From: Trichosphaerium sp. ATCC 40318
Lineage: Eukaryota; Protista; Tubulinea
Assembly (NCBI GenBank): GCA_038496445.1
Contig: JALMLS010000197.1
Location: 62,001 to 126,000 of the forward strand
Length of the DNA stretch: 64,000 bases
Direction of reading: 5' to 3'
In this document: piece by piece, positions 60,245-64,000 of the stretch
Layout: each line of letters starts with the position of its first letter
Numbering within the stretch: the stretch's first letter is position 1
Translations under genes and position numbers: made by a program
The notes under the pieces: model-generated
Databases searched by the model: none
What the model saw: the letters and a program-made list of their open reading frames with translations, nothing else
Told to the model about the DNA's origin: nothing

Positions 60245-60560
60245 AATAGAAGGTTAACAATAAATACTTTTTTTCGTTGTGCCTTTGAGCGTGCCATCAG
60301 ATTATTTGAAGCAGGTCTACACGGTAGGCGCAGTCTTCAATGTGAGAAACATCGGTGTACACGTGACGTTTACTGGCTGTTACGAAACTGTAAGTTATGG
60401 GAGAATAAAGTGAAATAGCCTATTTTGTGAGGTATTCTTACAAGTGGTTCTTTTATTTGTTGGGAACTTTGTCCTAATGCCCAACCAAAATCAGTTTAAT
60501 GCTGTCTTACAGTATTGCATTTGATTTATTGTATTTGGATACAGCAGTTGACTATATTTA

Positions 60561-62433
60561 TTATCTCTTGGATAGTTTGATATGAGCTATCTTTGGCATT
60601 TCCCACATTTCCTTTGACTAACAAAACATGTGAATAACTTAGAGAAGTAAAAAAAAAACTGCATCTTGTACCTCGTAACAATAAGATATGTATAAATAAA
60701 AATCATCACCATCTTGATAAGAAAGCTCTGGATGAATTGCCATATCTGAAATGCTTGACACATCAAACTCTACGGTGGCAGGTTTGTCGTAGTCTCCCTA
60801 GGTTAAAATTAGTGTTACAGAAATAGAATATGAAGTGACTTGCCCAAGGTTTGTCAGCAGCGTATATGTTTATTTGTGAACCGTGGCTTGTAAGGAAAAC
60901 AAATTTCTTCAAGAAAGGAATGTACTTTACATCAAAATCACCAGAAACACCTAAAGTTGATTGAGATCTCAAAACCATTTTGACAAAAACAAAATCGTCT
61001 TCAAAAAGAATACTTTGAACTACAGCAGGTGTGTTTGTAATTAATCTAGGCTGGTATACAGGCGTCTCGTTGTCACCTGAAGAATGATGTAAATTATAAA
61101 TACGAGGTTCTTGAAGGAAGGTACCATTCCAAAACAAGTATGTTGGATATGGAGTTATAATAGAGTCTGAATCACACTTTGCAATTATTATATCATGACT
61201 ACCGTCAGCGTTTTTCCTTTTAACAAATTGATACACCTAAGTTCAATAGACATTAATAAGTTTAACATGAACTTGGATGTGTACTGCATTATCATAATAA
61301 ACAGAGACAGATGGTTGAGGCATATCAAACTTAAAACAATGATTAGTATCAACTATCAATCACGTGAAAGTATACTTACAGTAGTGTTGTCTGCGTATAT
61401 ACGAGTAAAGGAAGCTTCAGCATAAGAAGTATTGCTTAATATACCAGCACCATATGCGTAATGATGAGAATCACTTTGACAAAGTTCATTAGCGAAAATT
61501 CATTGTCCTTTAACATACTTGAGTCGTTTAGGATCTAGTTCTAGCACTTCCCAGTACAGAAAAGACATTCCCCATGCGTGAACCTAAACAGCTATCTTAA
61601 TCTCAAAGAGTTATCATGTAAGCGTACACCACCGGAAGGAGAAATGACTGATAAGTCAGGGTCTATATTAGGTGATGGGATTACTGAGGCTGGATCTTGA
61701 AGGACGTTGTTCGCCCCTAGTAGTAACATTAATGTACGAAGTCAGTAATTATTGAGGGTACTATGAGATGAGTAGAACGCCACTGTGCTATTTGGATGTT
61801 TTTCTACGAACATGACTGATGATAGAAGTCGAGTGGATAGTTTTAACGACTTGTTTAAACACTTAGGATATGTGCCTTCATTACATAAAATAGTGTCTCC
61901 AAAAGTCCACATTGAGACGTTAGCGTTAATTAATGTAACTACAATTCATCAAAATTGGAAGTGAAAAATTCAAAAAATGAAACCTTGTCCTCCTCGTTGG
62001 CTTATAACTCTACTTTGGTTGGTAAGATCCGACAGCCTGTTGAGTTCATTAAAACAGTGTTTAGGTTACGATATTATGATAGTGACAAGTAAGCGCAAAA
62101 ACGTGCCATGGCAATTGCACCTTGACAATCTCAAACTCGTAGTGTTCTGCTATCCACGGCTTATCCCATGGTACCTAAAAGGTGTTCGTTCGAACATAGT
62201 TTATAAAACAACGTACTGCAATTGTTAGAACGAGTGCTACGACAACCACAACAATGAGGATATGTACAATGAATAATCCTATACATTGACCAACAGGCAA
62301 CTTCTAACGAAAAGTCACAAGTTAAGAAATAGCACGTGATGAACATTTGAAAAAAAATAAAACAGCAAACCTGTCCATTTTTCGCGCACCTTTGGCTTTG
62401 GGATGTCGTCCTTTGGTTCTTCTTCGTTTTCAT
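60561..62433 (-). CDS. Membrane-anchored DUF4185-like beta-propeller (putative glycoside hydrolase)
   Basis: N-terminal TM helix, MWTFGDT, VISPSG, YLFWNG, DVKYIPFLKKFVFL, IYAADKPWG, MAIHPEL...LYISY. Confidence 0.6.
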
Positions 62434-62679
62434 TATTTTGAACCGTGTTCGACTCTAGTAATGCGTCTCCCACCTTTAATTAGTGTTGAGAGCTAATTTG
62501 ATGACAAAAATGCACATACTTCGGAAGAATTAGTCGCAACCCCGTTCATCTGTTACAAATATTGATGTAAATAAATAAAAATGAAAGACTTTGATTACTC
62601 CTACCCTCAAGGAAAATTCAGACTCAAATTTGTACTCCATTGGTGTTGTTCTCGCTTAAATAACTTTAAGTCACTCATT

Positions 62680-64000
62680 AGCTACGTATTCCTTTTCGCT
62701 TGGCTTGCCGCTCCCGCCAGTACTAAGACTACTGATCTAGCTTTGCAAGAAGAAATTACCTTTGGATAAACTGCAGCACGCTACAAAGCACATGATTTAG
62801 CCAACTTTTTCGACAATTTGTTGCAACAAGAAGTTCATGGTGACCAGACAACATAATGTTGCTTTTTTTTTTCTTTGTTTTTTCATTATTTTTTACATAA
62901 TCGCCAAAGGGCAATCGAATCCTCTTTCTACAAATCTTACACTGTACACAAACCAAAAAATTTCTGATGCAAGCTGTTACCGCATATTTACCGCTTAGAC
63001 ATCCATTCAAATAAATCAATGACGCCACTAGCATCGAGCTCCTCAGGTAGGGGTAGCTCATCCAAGTATATCTAAACATGGTAAGCGTAATATTAACAAA
63101 CAATAAAACCCACCATGTCCAATAAAACCTGAACTGTCTCCATAGGAACATTTGAGAATGTCTTAGCATTCAACTTCTTGTGAAGTCTAGCTAAAGCAAC
63201 AGGTTGATGAAGAGGCATCTTTGATCCTGCATGCCGACACAATACATCACTCCACTCACCACTGTCTAGTAGGGCTTTCAAATCACCCAAAAGACCAGAT
63301 ACTTTAAAAATAGTCAAACAAAAGAGTAAAGATTGAGATATACGCAAAATACTCACCTGGGCGTAGTATGCGCTGTATCCTATGTTGAAATTCTTCTTCG
63401 CCGCAGTTGTTTAAATTGACTTCTTTGAGACCTGATTTACCAGACTTCAGTACGTTCAGAACAGCTCTAGCACCTTGATAGTTTTATAAGTGTAAATGAA
63501 GGTAAGCGAAAAAAAGGTTAAGGAACTTACCCTTCACGCCAATCTTAATGTTAAACAAGTCAAGCTTTTGTAATGTGCGGTTGTTAGCGAGACCACGTAC
63601 ACATAGCTCTTCTACTGCTGTCGGAGACAGGTTATTGGCACCCATTGATAGGCTTGAGCAATAGAGTAAGATAAAGTAGCAGCTACTAAAAAAAACTGTA
63701 TCACTCACCATTGCAACGATGTGTTGTTACTTAAAAAATGAGCTATGTCAGTTGCTTTTGTTATCTTATTGCCACTCAAATCTAATGTGAGAAGAGAGTC
63801 ACTATCACGAAGCAAATTCATAATCTCTGCAACGCCTACGTTTACAGTTAAACAACAAAGTGAAACGTAGTGAAGGTACCATCATCTCTGAGTCCATTGT
63901 TTGCTATATACAAGCGTTGCAGTGTAGTATTCTGTCGTGTAGCTATTACGTTGACTATATCCTTTATTCCTGTACCAAGTCTCATACTTCCTGAAATGTC
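62680..64000 (-). CDS. 3' part of an RI-like LRR + BTB domain protein (5' end beyond the window; 3' end approximate)
   Basis: LRRs LTLDLSGNKI and LANNRTLQKLDLFNIKIG; BTB-like LLGDLKALLDSGEWSDV...PLHQPVALAR. Confidence 0.75.

Overview
Eukaryotic, AT-rich (roughly 35% GC by eye), gene-dense and intron-rich DNA with short spliceosomal introns (about 35-100 nt, frequent GTACGT/GTAAGT donors) and the standard genetic code. The gene content (TKL kinase with WD40 tail, Ras, RGS, ACAP-type ArfGAP, sterol reductase, PPi-PFK, many F-box genes) suggests a free-living protist, possibly an amoebozoan; that assignment is inference. The supplied ORF track shows only exon fragments, so I spliced genes by hand and outer coordinates can be off by an exon. 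About 25 genes or pseudogenes are visible. Positions ~3-16 kb form a dynamic accessory block with intronless genes, pseudogenes and a foldback minisatellite. Main observations: (1) the palindrome CACGTG is heavily over-represented and sits exactly at both junctions of a 331-bp inverted duplication that created a chimeric pseudogene; (2) a CaMK-type kinase fused to a TerD-like domain and a C2 domain; (3) a GT32-GT8 double glycosyltransferase; (4) an intronless repeat + ParB/Srx-like gene and intronless giant-virus-style F-box/LRR genes; (5) an ADP/ATP-carrier-like protein lacking RRRMMM; (6) a PPi-PFK with an N-terminal NLS-like motif; (7) several GC-AG introns.
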